A stretch of 64,000 nucleotides of DNA from Octopus sinensis (lineage: Eukaryota): positions 132,742,001-132,806,000 of the forward strand of contig NC_043001.1 in NCBI RefSeq assembly GCF_006345805.1, given 5' to 3'. The position numbers were made by a program, and so were the translations under genes. Below, one piece after another: positions 38,792 through 52,625 of the stretch. The notes beneath the pieces were generated by a model. The model did no database searches. It was not told where the DNA came from and worked only from the letters and a program-made list of their open reading frames with translations. Within the stretch, counting starts at the first letter, position 1; each line of letters starts with the position of its first letter.

Positions 38792-38959
38792 ATCATTAGA
38801 TATGCAAGTAGAGAAATATATTAATAGATATGCCAACAGATAGGTAGCTGAACTAAAATGAAAAGAAACAAAAATAGGTAAATAACTGGGACCAAGCCTT
38901 GGTGGTGGTTAAATAATGAAAAGTGTAGTTATATACACTTCTCTGCAGCAGAAGTGTAA

Positions 38960-39226
38960 AGCACTCATGGAAGTGCCATGTAGAAACGCCTGTGCAATGT
39001 CATGTAAAAGTACCCATGTGGTGCCACATAAAAGTATCCATGGAGTACCACATAGAAGCACCCAGCACACTCTATAAAGTAGTTGGTGTTAGGAGGGGCA
39101 TCCAGCCATAGAAAGCATGCAAAATCAGACTGGAGTTTGTAGTATCTCCCTAGCTTGCCAGCTCTGGTCAGACCAGCCAACCTATGCCAGCATGGACAAT
39201 GGATGTTAAATGATGATGATGATGAT
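38960..39226 (+). mobile_element. RTE 3'UTR copy with degenerate short repeats
   Basis: Several CCATGT/CCACATA AAA variants, then GGAGGGGCATCCAGCC...TTAAATGATGATGAT. Confidence 0.7.
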
Positions 39227-39628
39227 ACTCTTACTCTCTTTTACTTGTTTCAGTCATTTGACTGCGGCCATGCTGGAGCACCGCCTTTAGTTGAGCAAAT
39301 CACCCCCGGGACTTATTCTTTTGTAAGCCCAGTACTTATTCTATCGGTCTCTTTTGCCGAACTGCTAAGTAACGGGGACATAAACACACCAGCATCGATT
39401 GTCAAGCAATGCTAGGGGTACAAACACACACAAACACACACACATACACATATATACATATATACGACAGGCTTCTTTCAGTTTCCGTCTACCAAATCCA
39501 CTCACAAGGCATTGGCCAGCCCGGGGCTATAGCAGAAGACACTTGCCCAAGATGCCACACAGTGGGACTGAACCCAGAACCATGTGATTGGTTAGCAAGC
39601 TACTTACCACACAGCCACTCCTGCGCCT
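39227..39628 (-). mobile_element. SINE family A, full length, tail-to-tail with the RTE (GAT)n tail
   Basis: Reverse complement of 30783-31208. Confidence 0.92.
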
Positions 39629-40059
39629 AATATATATGAATGATGATATATATGAATACGTTTTATCTTTTTAATTCTTCTCTTATTTCCTTAAACTATA
39701 AACAGTCAAACATATCTGTTAAACGTATTAAAAGGAGGCAAATACCTTCTAAGTTTTTTTTTTTTTAATCACATTCAAAAGTGCAGTTTTGATTAAATGA
39801 CAGGATTTCAAAAGATTTTATTTTTAATTCTTTGCTTGTGCTTAACATACTAACATTAAGTTTTCAAATATGCTGGCTTTAACCGACAAATTTCCACAGG
39901 GGCCCACTAGTTCCATTTTTATTCCATATATAGATATGTACTCATAGACCAATATGACAAATGCTAACCAGAAACTAAGCAACAACAACAATTCTATAGA
40001 CTAAATATTCCTGACATTAACTTCATATAGTTATCCCTACCACACACCAATTAATGATT

Positions 40060-40640
40060 AAATTTGTTACTATAAAAGCAGGGTTTTTACATCAGAAAGA
40101 TTGATATGTTGGAAATAGCTTATCTGGACAGTAGAAATACCATCATTTTGCTATAGGAGGAAATCAAAGATGCTTAGGACCATCTGTCAAGAGTAGGAAG
40201 TGAGTGAAATGAAGCCAGGCTAGACCTCAATACAAAGATGATGGAATGCACAGTCAACAAGCCCCACTCAACATTACTGAAGGTGCCTCACTTGAGCAAG
40301 TTCTAGATCATCCATGATGAACTCAGAGAGGAACATCATAGTTCATAGTATCCTTGTCAGAAAAGTGCTTAGTGAGAAACTATGGTACTCTTCCTTCACT
40401 GGTCAATAAGATAACAGAAAGATTGCTACAGTTGCCAGGCACTATCTGTGACACCTAGAGTTGTTCACCAGACAAGCCCTCAACTGTGAACTGTTGATAT
40501 CTTTCCAAAACTATGATCTAGACCCTGGTGGACAATAGTCGTGTCATATGTGATGATCAACAAGGACTCTGAAGATGGAGCAGATTATGTGACTATCATT
40601 CCAAGTGCAAGTTGTAGCTGACTGGTGATGACGATGACGA
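40060..40640 (+). mobile_element. Heavily decayed RTE-type LINE fragment
   Basis: Only weak remnants of RT and C-terminal motifs. Confidence 0.35.
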
Positions 40641-42103
40641 ACAACAACAACAACAAAAACAACAAGGGTCACCTCCAAAATCTTCACTTAAATTTGTCTT
40701 ACTTTGATACAAAACAGATACTACAGGTTTCCATTCTTGTGATAATTTTTACAAGATCATGGTTTATCTTGCATATAAAATATGCAGATAAAATAGAGTT
40801 ATTTTTTAATTTTCTCTATAGAATAGAGAATCAAAGATGGTGACCATAAGTTATCAATAGATTTTGAATTTCTCAAGGTAAAATGAACACGTCTAGAGTA
40901 AAACAATACCTTGGTAATACAAAAATAAGCTGGCTTATTGAACAGGTTAATGCAGATCACTGACCATAGCATGAGTCCTAATACACAAGTACAAACTAAG
41001 AGATATTGGCATTTTTTATTCTCTTTTACATTTGAACTTTGTGTAAGTACCTACACTTAGTTTAAGCAAAAAAATGTGCTCAGTGCACACTCCTAAATTA
41101 GTTCTCCAAACATATTTCCCTGTGAAGATCAGTATAAATAACAAAGTATTGCAATTCACTGTATTTGAATTTGTCAACTGTTTTTTATAATCATTTTCAT
41201 GTAATCACATTCATAAAATCCAGACCAAATTAAAAACCACAATTATAGCTATCATTTGTGGCTACCTCTAATAGATTCTGTTTCCTTCGCAATATTTATA
41301 TTTCTATTTATTCTTTGGCACAGTGTTACTACAAATCAATAATTAAATTGTGAAAATACATATCTTCTTTAAAAAATGAAAACAGAGAGGTAAAATCATA
41401 AATATAATTACAATTCATTTATCATTACATTAATTTTTATTTTGTATCGAGAACATGAAATAATAATCTTAAGTTACATAGAAAGAAAGCAAATTTGAAA
41501 TAATTGTTGTTGTTTCTGATATGTGATGTTAACAGAAAGTTGTTTTGAACATTTAGATATATCACTCCATCAGCTACTTGTCAATAATCTACTTTGCCAG
41601 TATACTTCAAGTGAGCAATCAATTATGTTCTATACATTTGTCAGATGGTGCAGAGGTTAAATTACAAAACTGTTGCCTAAATTATCAATTGATTCTCTAC
41701 CCAACCAGTACTACAAGATTGTATTTCAAGAAGCCCTTCATTAAATTGTATCTAAATTTAAGGAATTTGAGAAGAGTTTTTAAAATTGTGTTTTTAAAAT
41801 TTTTCTTCAAATTTCTGATTGAATTTCAAATAAAATACACTAGTGATATTGGAATCTAATTATTACAAGGTTGTTGATAGTAAGGTAATTCTGTGTTCTG
41901 TATTTCATAGCATATAGCAAATTGAAACTAATATTCAATCAAGACACTGGCATATGACTAAAGCACCAAGCAATTAACCCTTCAATAATAAGAAACAACT
42001 ATGAAAATATAAAATTATATTCCTTCTACATTTTCTAAACCAGCCACTGCCTATCATATTCTGTTACAGCAATCATGTGTTTTGGTTTTTTTTGCTACTA
42101 CTA

Positions 42104-42104
42104 C

Positions 42105-42137
<33 letters not shown>

Positions 42138-42162
42138 CATCATCATCATTATTATTATTATT

Positions 42163-42224
<62 letters not shown>
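42104..42224. repeat. (ATT)n/(ATC)n microsatellite
   Basis: Directly visible. Confidence 0.95.
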
Positions 42225-42782
42225 TGTAACTGACATTTATTAATTTACATTCTGAGTATAAAGTTTCTAATAGATAAATAAGTAACGCAAATCATGTAAA
42301 CTTCTTTAACAATTCATTTTCATCAGCTCATAAAATTCACGCAAGGTGTTTTATCAGGCAGTACATTTACTCATGTTTTCTCTGTCGGTCCATAAACTAG
42401 AATAAACTTTACAGCTTAACTATTTAGCTAGTACCTCTGCAAAATAACAGAGATAATAACTCGGTCTCTATCCATTATCTGTGTACAAGACTCAGTGCTA
42501 TTCTTCATACCACCTTCTAGTAATACATGCAGCATGAGATTCCTGCACTTGTTCTCTGCTTGTTAATTCAGTATTATACAAAATTCATATTATTTCTAGT
42601 CCACTGTTCTTTGCATTTGAAAGTCTTTTGATAAATTTCTTTATCTACAATGATTCGTATTCAGTATCTATAATCAAAGGAAATGATGAGAGATTTAAAG
42701 AGCACAAGAATGCCATGAACACTTAGAGAATTAAAGTTATGAACTTAAATTGTTTCCTAAACAAAGCCTAAATATTTTAGCT

Positions 42783-42787
42783 ACATC

Positions 42788-42819
<32 letters not shown>

Positions 42820-43010
42820 CCTTTAATGTCTGTTTTCCATGCTGGGATAGGTTGGGCAGTTTGACCAGAGCTGGCAAGCTGGAGAGCTGAATCAAGGTTC
42901 CAGTCTGATTAGGTTTGGTTTCTATGGCTGGATACCCTTCCTAACTCCGACCACTTTACAGAGTGTTGGGTGCTTTTAATGTGCCACTGGCATGAGTATT
43001 GGCACCTTCA
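42783..43010 (-). mobile_element. RTE 3'UTR copy
   Basis: (CAT)n-CTTTAATGTCTG...GGATACCCTTCCTAACTCCGACCAC. Confidence 0.75.
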
Positions 43011-43104
43011 TGTCAAAGTGTAGTGGAATGTTGAAACTATAATTTTGTTTTCTGAAAAAGCAACATTTTCGACTTACAATACTTTTGCATAATAACAGCA
43101 ATAT

Positions 43105-43112
43105 GTACGTAC

Positions 43113-43143
<31 letters not shown>

Positions 43144-43695
43144 TGTGCAGGTTTGTATGTAGGTATGTAGGTATGTATGTATGTATGTATGTATGTATGT
43201 AGGTATGTATGTATGTATGTATGTAGGTATGTATGTATGTATGTATGTATGTATGTATGTGCAGGTTTGTATGTATGTATGTAGGTATGTATGTATGTAT
43301 GTATGTATGTATGTAGGTATGTATGTATGTATGTAGGTATGTATGTATGTAGGTATGTATGTATGTATGTGCAGGTTTGTATGTATGTATGTAGGTATGT
43401 ATGTATGTATGTATGTATGTATGTAGGTATGTATGTATGTATGTATGTAGGTATGTATGTATGTATGTATGTATGTATGTATGTGCAGGTTTGTATGTAT
43501 GTATGTAGGTATGTATGTATGTATGTATGTATGTATGTATGTATGTAGGTATGTATGTATGTATGTATGTATGTATGTATGTATGTATGTATGTATGTAT
43601 GTGCAGGTTTGTATGTATGTATGTAGGTATGTATGTATGTATGTATGTATGTATGTATGTATGTAGGTATGTATGTATTATGTATGCATGTATGT
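43105..43695. repeat. (TATG)n satellite with 110-118-bp higher-order period
   Basis: GTGCAGGTTT landmarks at 43145, 43259, 43369, 43483 and 43601. Confidence 0.92.
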
Positions 43696-43714
43696 TTTTT
43701 TTTAGATTGATTGT

Positions 43715-44586
43715 TAGACCCGATGCTGCATTTTGCTATATGGAAGTGAGGCGTGGGTTGTTTGCCTTAGGCAGGTAAGGCAATTGGAACGATTTCATCA
43801 ATACTGTCTTGGAAAAATTTGGGGGGTAAAGTGGAAAATGGCCATTAGTAATGTGGAGGTGATTGAGAGGAGTGGCAGTAGAAGTATAGAGTCAATGATT
43901 TTGCAAAGACGTTTGAGGTGGGGGGACATTTGGAAAGGGTGAGTGATGAGTGACTGCCCAAGCAGCTATTGTATGGTGAACTGGAAGATGGCAGGAGACC
44001 AGCGCATAAGCCTAAACTAAGGTTTGAGGATTGCCTTAAAAATGCTCTAATACTCACAGGAATTGCAGCTGGTAATTGGAAGAGGGGGGGGGGCAAAAGA
44101 CCATGATGGATGGAAAAAGATATAATGGTTGTTCAAGGTTTGAGAGGGAGAGAGTGAAGTATGAGAGAATTAGGAGGGGGATTAGAAGGGGGGGAACCAG
44201 TGGAGAATGAGAGAATGTTGCTTTTTGTGTGTGTGGCTTGTGGGCGGAGGTGTTTGAGTTGTGCAGGCCTGGTGAGCCATCAAAATTCTCACAGAAATCG
44301 ACCCATGATAAACAATGATGTGGCTATTAAAATTCATTATAGAACATGTGTAAAATTTGGAAGGGTGTGTCTCTCAGTTGGAGGTCTAAAAAGACATGTT
44401 AAGAGAGTGCATATGGTGTCACTTGTTTCTTCTGCCAGCCAGCACAGTTGTCTAGTATGTAATAAAATGTGTAAAAGCTTGGCCAGGCTTAAAAGTCATA
44501 TAAAGGCGTCACATGGCAACAATCATGATCATTTCAGTAAGTCATCTTGGCAATGGCTTTTCTCATGTAACGAGGATGCAGCTGTG
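43715..44586 (+). mobile_element. 5'-truncated RTE LINE ending in three C2H2-type zinc fingers
   Basis: LLYGSEAW...LERFHQYCL...RRLRW...LPKQLLYGEL...KPKLRFEDCLK; fingers at 44230-44514; (TATG)n from 44587. Confidence 0.9.
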
Positions 44587-44817
44587 ATGTATGTATGTAT
44601 GTATGTATGTATGTATGTATGTATGTATGCATGCATGCATGCATGCATGTATGTATGTATGTATGTATGTATGTATGTATGTATGTATGTATGCATGCAT
44701 GTATATATGTATGCATGTATGTATGCATGTATGTATGCATGTATGCATGCATGTATATATGTATGTATGCACGTATGTATGCATGTATGTATGCATGTAT
44801 TTATGTATGTATGTACG

Positions 44818-44849
<32 letters not shown>

Positions 44850-44930
44850 TGTATGCATGTATGTATGTATGCATGTATATATGTATGTATGTATGTATTT
44901 ACTCATATGTATATGTATGTGTGTGTATAT
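44587..44930. repeat. (TATG)n/(CATG)n microsatellite (LINE tail or target)
   Basis: Directly visible. Confidence 0.93.
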
Positions 44931-44949
44931 ATATCAATATGATCTTTGA

Positions 44950-45178
44950 TCTTTTCTTTTACTTGTTTCAGACTGTGGCCATGCTGGGGCATACCTTTTA
45001 TCATGTACTTGTGTCAGTCATTAGACTGTGGCTATGCTGAATCAACCCCAGTACTTATTATTTTTTAAACCTGGTACTTATTCCATCAGTCTCTTTTGTG
45101 AAACTGCTAAGTTACAGGGTCGTAAACACACCAACACCAGTTGTAAAGTGGTGGTGGAAGACAAACACAAATATAAAG

Positions 45179-45216
<38 letters not shown>

Positions 45217-45272
45217 ACACACACACAAACACACACACATATAATGGGATTCTTTCAGTTTCCCTCTACCAA
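44950..45272 (-). mobile_element. SINE family A, diverged, head missing
   Basis: TTTACTTGTTTCAG...CTGGTACTTATTCCATCAGTCTC...TTTCAGTTTCCCTCTACCAAATTCACTCAC. Confidence 0.8.
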
Positions 45273-46157
45273 ATTCACTCACTAATGTTTTTAAATTGTT
45301 TTAAAGCTAAAACAATGCAGGCTATAAAAAATTAATAATACAGGTTGATGGTTGGTACTATTATCAGCTATTTCAATATTTCAAGGTAGGCTTCAAGACA
45401 TTTACAGAAAAAAAGATGCTGATAACTGAGAAATTAGCTATCCAAGTAATATTTCCTCTTGGCTAGACATGTTTTCACAGAATATCAGAAATGAATAACA
45501 CCACTTCTATGAGGATGACACTTGTTTACAACTACAATGAAAAGAAAACACAAATAGACACACACACACACATGCATACATGTGTGTGTGTGCATGTGTA
45601 CATGTGTGTGTATGCATGTGTGCATGTGTGTGCACGTGTGTGTGTGCACGTGTGTGTGTGCATGCATGCATACACACAATCTATATTGGGTGACATCACT
45701 ATTTGCAGCTCAGCTACAAGCCATAATATCACTGTTTGTGGTTGAGTTGCAAAATGGTGTTGTCTACTGACATTTTCTGTCAACAAATTAATCACTATCT
45801 CTGTGCTTTTGGATTTCTCTGGAATAAAAAACAAATTCCTTACTTGAAAAACAGTTGGGTGTTAGCAACAGAAAAAGCAACTGACCATAAAAATGCTGCC
45901 TCAAATACTTCTCCCACATAAGCTATTCTAGCATGGAGAAACAGACAACCTAATGCATGAACCAAACAATAAATGTGTGTGTGTGTGTGTGTGTGTTGTG
46001 GGTAATAGAATGTCAAATGACATAAGATAATAGGTACATACAATTAATGCTCAGGTTGAACTTGTACTTGAGCTCCAACTTTAAATGCAGAGATACAATA
46101 TCTACATAAATGAAGATTTGTTTATGTACCAATCAAGCTGGTATACATATAACAGAA

Positions 46158-46388
46158 GGTGGCGAGCTGGCAGAAACGTTAGCACGTCGGGCGAAATGCT
46201 TAGTGGTATTTCGGCTGCCGTTACGTTCTGAGTTCAAATTCTGCCGAGGTCGACTTTCCCTTTCATCCTTTCGGGGTTGATATATTAAGTACCAGTTATG
46301 CACTGGGTTCGATGTAATCGACTTAATACCTATGTCTATCCTTGTTTGACCCCTCTATGTTTAGCCTCTTGTGGGTAATAAAGAAATA
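46158..46388 (+). mobile_element. tRNA-derived SINE family C, full length, 18-bp TSD
   Basis: GGTATACATATAACAGAA at 46140-46157 and 46389-46406; B-box GAGTTCAAATTC; the core CTTTCATCCTTTCGGGGTTGATATATTAAGTACCAG resembles the Meta/MESC SINE domain (from memory, unverified). Confidence 0.93.
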
Positions 46389-47514
46389 GGTATACATATA
46401 ACAGAACAAAAGCCTAGACAGGGAGACAACAGGTATCAAGTAAGATTTATAACATATTTATAGTGATACAACTTATTGAATAAAACAAACACTTAAAAGA
46501 ATATGTATGTATGTATGTATGCATGTATGTATGTATACCAGGAGGTTAATAAAACTTCCTTCTGTAGGAAGTTTTTAATAGTTGGAATATAAACAAGTAG
46601 ACTCCAGGATGGAGCTGAAAGTCTGTAGTATTGATAATACATGGTTAAGTACGTAGATGAAAGTTGTCAAGGGCAGAAACCTTGGAAATGGTAAAAAAAA
46701 AAGTGCATAGATCTATCTTTACAGCTATTTCAAAAGTAGTTGCATGATAGGTGCAGTTCTGTGTATGTTGTCTGCATCCAATCTTTATCATTCATTTTTA
46801 TACTTTTTGAGATCTAGCTATAAGTTATATGTTTTATAAAAATATATATTATTTGTTTTTTATGTTTTGGTTTATGTCTATCACTGTTTGAGTTGCATAA
46901 TAGTGCTTTTATCTCTAATTTATATTATATATATATATATATATAATCTTTTTTTTGCTAGTTTATTTTGTCTCTTTCTCCTAGTGCTATATGAACATTT
47001 AATGTGGTTTTAAAGTCAAGTTTTGACTGCTATTTCCAGCATGATGGTATCTCATAGATACCCTAAATTATAATTTTAAATAATTATTACCTTTGAAAGG
47101 TTTTTATCCCATGCTGGCCCACCTGATAAGATCAGTATTTAAATATTGATCTTATCCTTATTTATATATATATATATAGGATTAGGGAATTAGGAGTGAA
47201 ATCTACTATATTTCACAAACTTCTACATTCTTTTGTTGTATGCCATTAAGTAATATTGGAAGGCACTGAAAAAATATATAAATGGCAATGTAGCATAACT
47301 GTTTTTAAATGTGTATGTTGATAAAAATTATATGTAAAAGTACTGAAGAAAGAGTGAATCCAATGAATAATCATTACTTTTGATATATCTTATTTGGAAA
47401 ATCATAGAAAACAAATGATTCATCTCTACCAGTTTGGTCGCAGAAATAAAGAGCCAACATTTAATCTGTTCTAGGTCATTGATGCAAAGGGTTAACTGTC
47501 AGAGGACTCTAAGT

Positions 47515-47737
47515 ATCTTCTTTCATTCTTTTATTTGTTTCAGTCATATAATTGCAGCTATGCTGGAGCACTGCCTTCAAGGGATTTATTCAAACAAATC
47601 GATCCCAGGAGTTATTCTTTGTAAGCCTAGTACTTATTCTATCAGTCTCTTTTGCCGAACCACTAAGTTACAGAGATGTAAACATCAACACCAGTTGTCA
47701 AGTGGTGATTGGAGGACAAACACAGACACACACACTC

Positions 47738-47804
<67 letters not shown>

Positions 47805-47962
47805 ATATATGATGGGCTTCTTTCAGTTTCCATCTACCAAATCCACTAACAAAGCTTTGGCAAGCCCAAGACTATAGTAGAAGACACTTGTCCAAGATGC
47901 CACACAGTGGGACTGAACTCAGAGCAATATGGTTGGGAAGCAAGCTTCTTACCACACAGTCA
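47515..47962 (-). mobile_element. SINE family A with long (TA)n core
   Basis: Aligns with the other family A copies. Confidence 0.88.
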
Positions 47963-50349
47963 TGTATATGAGGAAGAAAAATTATAAATGTACTCATATT
48001 TTCAATAGAATTACTTTAGTTATCCATAACCTGGAATATTCTCATTAAGATTTTACAAATGTAGCTGTCCAAGTATCTAGGCTAAACTTATAGATATCAC
48101 AATTCAAATATACTGAAAATCACTTAGCATATTGTGGTATATAAGAGGGGAGAGTTTAGTAGCAGGTCAGCTGTGATGGAGGCATTCCAATCTTGATGCT
48201 TCCATCTTTCTGTATATTAGGGACTACATTGTCCAACATATCTTTCTTTGAATAGGTAGGGTATGATTTGAGGTAGATATGGCAGCTCTTTTTATCAGAT
48301 CTAGTGTCCATAAACAGAATTTCTCATTGTAAACATATATAGGAATTAGAATTATTCTGTGAGATGCAATAGAGTAGTGTGGATTGGTTCCATTTCTTCC
48401 GCTAACCAGCCAAGTCTCATGTACTATTATTAAATGCTCAATATCTAACAGACACACACAATGTATACCAGTTACTTTGTTTGAAGCAGTCAACTGTATT
48501 GCTTCAGCAGAAATGCTAGAGGTGCATTTGCTGCTGTGATTAATTTGATGAAATAGATTTGCAGTAAGAAAAATGTCAAACGGTGTTTACAAATAAATAT
48601 ATTTTATTGGCTCTTTCCCACCCCCATTAAATGCATTTCTCTAAAATTTCATTAGATATATGTTTCTCAAAAAGTAATCCAGTGATGAAGTTCTAAGATA
48701 TTTAAGATACATAGTGTTTCTATTTCCTTTATGCCAAGCGCACCTGAGCAACACCACACACAGTGATAATTGCAGCAACTTTGAAACAAATGCTTGAAAA
48801 AATTAAATTACGACTAGTTATTTACATTAACATCTCACTTACAGAAGTGACTATCAGATTAATCAGCTTGAAAATATATATTGGTTACAAAAATACATAT
48901 ATTAAAACACAATGTTAAATGCAAATTTAAAATATCTCTAATTAGACAATAAATGCTACAGGATGAAGAAAACATAGTCAACACTTTTTGAAGGATATTA
49001 AAAATATTACAAAGATTTTCTTAAATATTACAACTGGGAAACAAAATCTATGTAATAATGAAATGAAGTAGGATAAACTAAAATCACAAGATACGAACAA
49101 CTTTTCCCTAGGCAGAACATTAAAACATGAATTTGGAGATAAGAGATAAGTCATAAACAGATAACTCATTTTTCATTTAATATCAAGACTTCAACTAATA
49201 CCATAGAGTCTTTCTTGGAACTTAACAAACCAGAAAATTAATTTCAAAATTAGATCTTTTATTTTTATACAATTTATACCCTAACTGTTTTACACATTTC
49301 ATTATATTTTTAATTTTGATACGAAACTATTAACATCACTCATCAGATAATTTTAATCCTATCATAAAAGGAAATAACTAGTTTTGTTCTAAAATGAAGA
49401 AATGAAAACCTTGGGAAGTAACATCTTTCTATTTTCCTGAGAATCCATTTTGTTATCTTACAACTAAATGTTTACAGCATTTTTGGCTTTAATTATGTTA
49501 AAAGAAAAACTATTGACTGCTATAGTCCTGGGAACAACTCTTAACCTCTGATGTTTTTCTTGTAATTCATGAAAGAAAATAAGATTGCTATAATAAGGTT
49601 AATTGCATCAACTAAAAACAAACAAGAAAAATGTCAGATGAAAATGTGGAATATTTTTTAATACCTTTGATAAAGAAAGAACCTTCAAAATATTTAGATA
49701 CAAGCTGATGTAGCCAGTAGTTCTTGGAAAAGCGGGGCTTATCCCTTGGTTCGCTAATCCAATAACAACAATACAAAGTATGTAGCTCTTACAATGGTAA
49801 CTGTCTTACACAGGAAGTTGTTTTTAGGAATTCCCAATAAGTTATGAATACCCAAATTGTGAACTCAGTTATGTAATAACTTGAAATTAGTTACCCGATA
49901 GTAAGAATGCAAATAAAGTAGCCCCAAAAAGGGCTTTAATGCATTCCCAGAGTATATAGAACTTAGGAGGAAATAGCAATAAGGTATGTATACTAAAATT
50001 GTGAAGCATGTTATGTAATAACAGGCTAATCTGATATGAGATAATAACAATTCAAAGTAAATAACTCTGAAAAGGGCTTTTGTGCATTTTGTGCATTCTC
50101 AGAGAATATTACCCTCAGGGGCACTAGTGTTGGTATATTCGTAAATAAGTTACTAACTGAAATAAGTGGACCTATTGTTTAGGAAAATACTATTTACTTG
50201 TTTAAGGGTTGTACTGGATAAATTGTGGAAATAACAGTTCAAATACTAAGGTATAAGCAAACTAAATTTGATTTTTAACAAATAATATGGGAAAATGAAT
50301 GAGTTATTTCCCTTGGCTGTTAAAATAAAATATATTAGTTATATATAAG

Positions 50350-50535
50350 GATCCTGTCCAGGGGCTCTATTATCGATTTTTTTCAACAATCTGAGTATGC
50401 TATGAGGTTTCCAAACATGAATTCTACTCAAGTGTCATGTTTCATCAAAATCGATAGAACAATGTTGGAGGAGTTAACTAACAACTCTGCAAACAAACCC
50501 ACCTACAGACAGAATTTCCCACATATGTAGTAGAT
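50350..50535 (+). mobile_element. Possible Helitron/Helentron-type 3' end
   Basis: GTTTCATCAAAATCGATAGAAC...GGAGGAGTT...ACAGACAGAATTT...ATGTAGTAGAT layout; weak. Confidence 0.35.
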
Positions 50536-51129
50536 GTTTGGCTTTACAAGAAATAAGGAAATCACAAATTTCTTTACAATGTCTAGTTGAATTGTTTGGC
50601 TTGAAAGTTAACCATAAAAACAGTGATATAAAATAAAAACATTTTTTTCATACTGAGCAACAAATTCTATTGTACACCACTGACAAGACAGTTCAAGGAT
50701 ATTTTTATGTTCTTATAAGGTCATATTAACCATACCATGTTGATCATTAAATAAACAGACTTTAGTGCCTTAATGAAATATAGCTTAATGTGCCATAAAA
50801 TAGGAAGCAGAAACAACATAACCAAGTAATATATTATGTTCCTATTACATAAATGTTAAGAAACCTTTAATTTTTTTTTTTTCCATTGCAGTCATAATGC
50901 AAATAGTACAGCTTGCTTTCAATATAAAATCACTTTGAATGCCATCATACTTTCTTTGTGTGATTCAGAAAATTACATAAAAACAAAGCATTGCATTGTT
51001 TTTGTTTAATCACTTTTTACTAATCTTTAATAGAGAATTGTTCTACATATTCATTAATTCAAATTTTACAGCTTGAAATAAGGAATGGTATTATTTTTTT
51101 TCCATATCAATAACATTAAGGATAAAACT

Positions 51130-51350
51130 AATATTACTATCAAGTTCTAGCACAAGGCCAGAAATTTTGGGGGAAGGTGTAGGTCGATTAAATTGAATCT
51201 GTACTCAACTGGTACTTATTTTATTGACTCCAAAAGAATGAAAGACAAAGTTGACCTCAACAAAATTTGAACTCATAGCATAAAGATAAACGAAATGCCA
51301 CTAAACATTTTGCCTGACATGCTTATGACTCTGCCAGCTTGCCACCTTAT
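51130..51350 (-). mobile_element. SINE family C, diverged
   Basis: GCACAAGGCCAGAAATTTTGGGGG...CTGGTACTTATTTTATTGAC...AATTTGAACTC. Confidence 0.7.
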
Positions 51351-51950
51351 TATTAAAACTTATATTTCAAACAATTTCAAACAAAATCTCATAAAGTATG
51401 TCTCTGACTCAGTGATGTGAATACTGCAAGTATTTTTTTCAAAATATTTTCTTGTATAACCTTCATTGTGAATATTATGAGCATATACATGGTTGTGTAC
51501 TAAAGAAGTTTGCATTGCAACCACATGATTCAAGATTTTATCCTACTGGGTAACAATTTGGACAAACATCTTCTACAATATTCTCCAATATCTTGAGAGT
51601 GGTATTTCAAAGACAGAAACTGTGGAAAACTGTTTTGTGTGTTGTGTGAGTGTATGCATGAATGTATGTATGTATGTATGTATGTATGTATGTATGTATG
51701 CATGTATTTATGTATGTGTGTGTGTGTGTGTATTTATGTATGTATGTGTGTGTGTGTGTGTGTGTAAATATGGAGCTGGAGAGGCCATCATTCATAACAT
51801 TCTTTGTGCTAGTGGACACAAACCTCAAGAGGTCAAGAGAGCAGGGCTGTCTCGTCCAAAACAATATTTTCATGAATAGATCGTCTTTCCTGGATTCAAG
51901 AGACTACCATTATCATATGTAATGTGTGTGTGTGGGTGTGATATTGTGTA

Positions 51951-51994
<44 letters not shown>

Positions 51995-52135
51995 TGAGTC
52001 TCTTGTCTGTGAACAATGATCAGATTCAGTCCCCTCTACATGCAAATTAGCTTTGAGATGTTAATTCATGATTTCTCGAAATTATCTTTTCTTCTCTTTG
52101 AAAGCCACTACCAGTGGCTTCTAGGTTATTTGCTC

Positions 52136-52136
<1 letters not shown>

Positions 52137-52218
<82 letters not shown>
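52137..52218. repeat. (GT)n microsatellite
   Basis: Directly visible. Confidence 0.95.
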
Positions 52219-52220
<2 letters not shown>

Positions 52221-52384
52221 ATGCACACGCTCACACAGATGTGTGTATATCTTTCACATCAACAAGAATACAGAAAAACCGGTGTTTCCAAATGAAATCT
52301 CTTGCAATATTTGTTGTGCATCATGTCAGACACTGCATTGTCATTGGATATACAGACAGATACAGAGATAGTCATCAGATATAC

Positions 52385-52625
52385 AGATAGCCATAATGGA
52401 AAGAAGACTGAGTTTCTGAGGACAAAGCTTTCATAGCAAGGACGAAATAGTAAGTCACATGCTGATGTGAGTACCATCACACAGAAAGCAACTTAGGGGT
52501 CGTCCTACAAGGATATTTACTGACCAACTGGTAGAAGATTCTGTCTATTGAAAAGTGACATACCAAGAGCAATGCAGGGGAGTGAAATATGGAAACAAAT
52601 GGTTGATGGTGTTCATCTGCTGATG
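52385..52625 (+). mobile_element. RTE-type LINE C-terminal fragment
   Basis: IMERRLSF*GQSFHSKDEIVSHMLM*VPSHRKQLRGRPTRIFTDQLVED matches the RTE RRL..GH...GRP pattern. Confidence 0.6.

Noticed and set aside
49700-50200. Mitochondrial insertion (IPNKL resembles cytochrome b)
   Set aside because: Only a 5-aa match; surrounding frames do not fit, even with the mitochondrial code.
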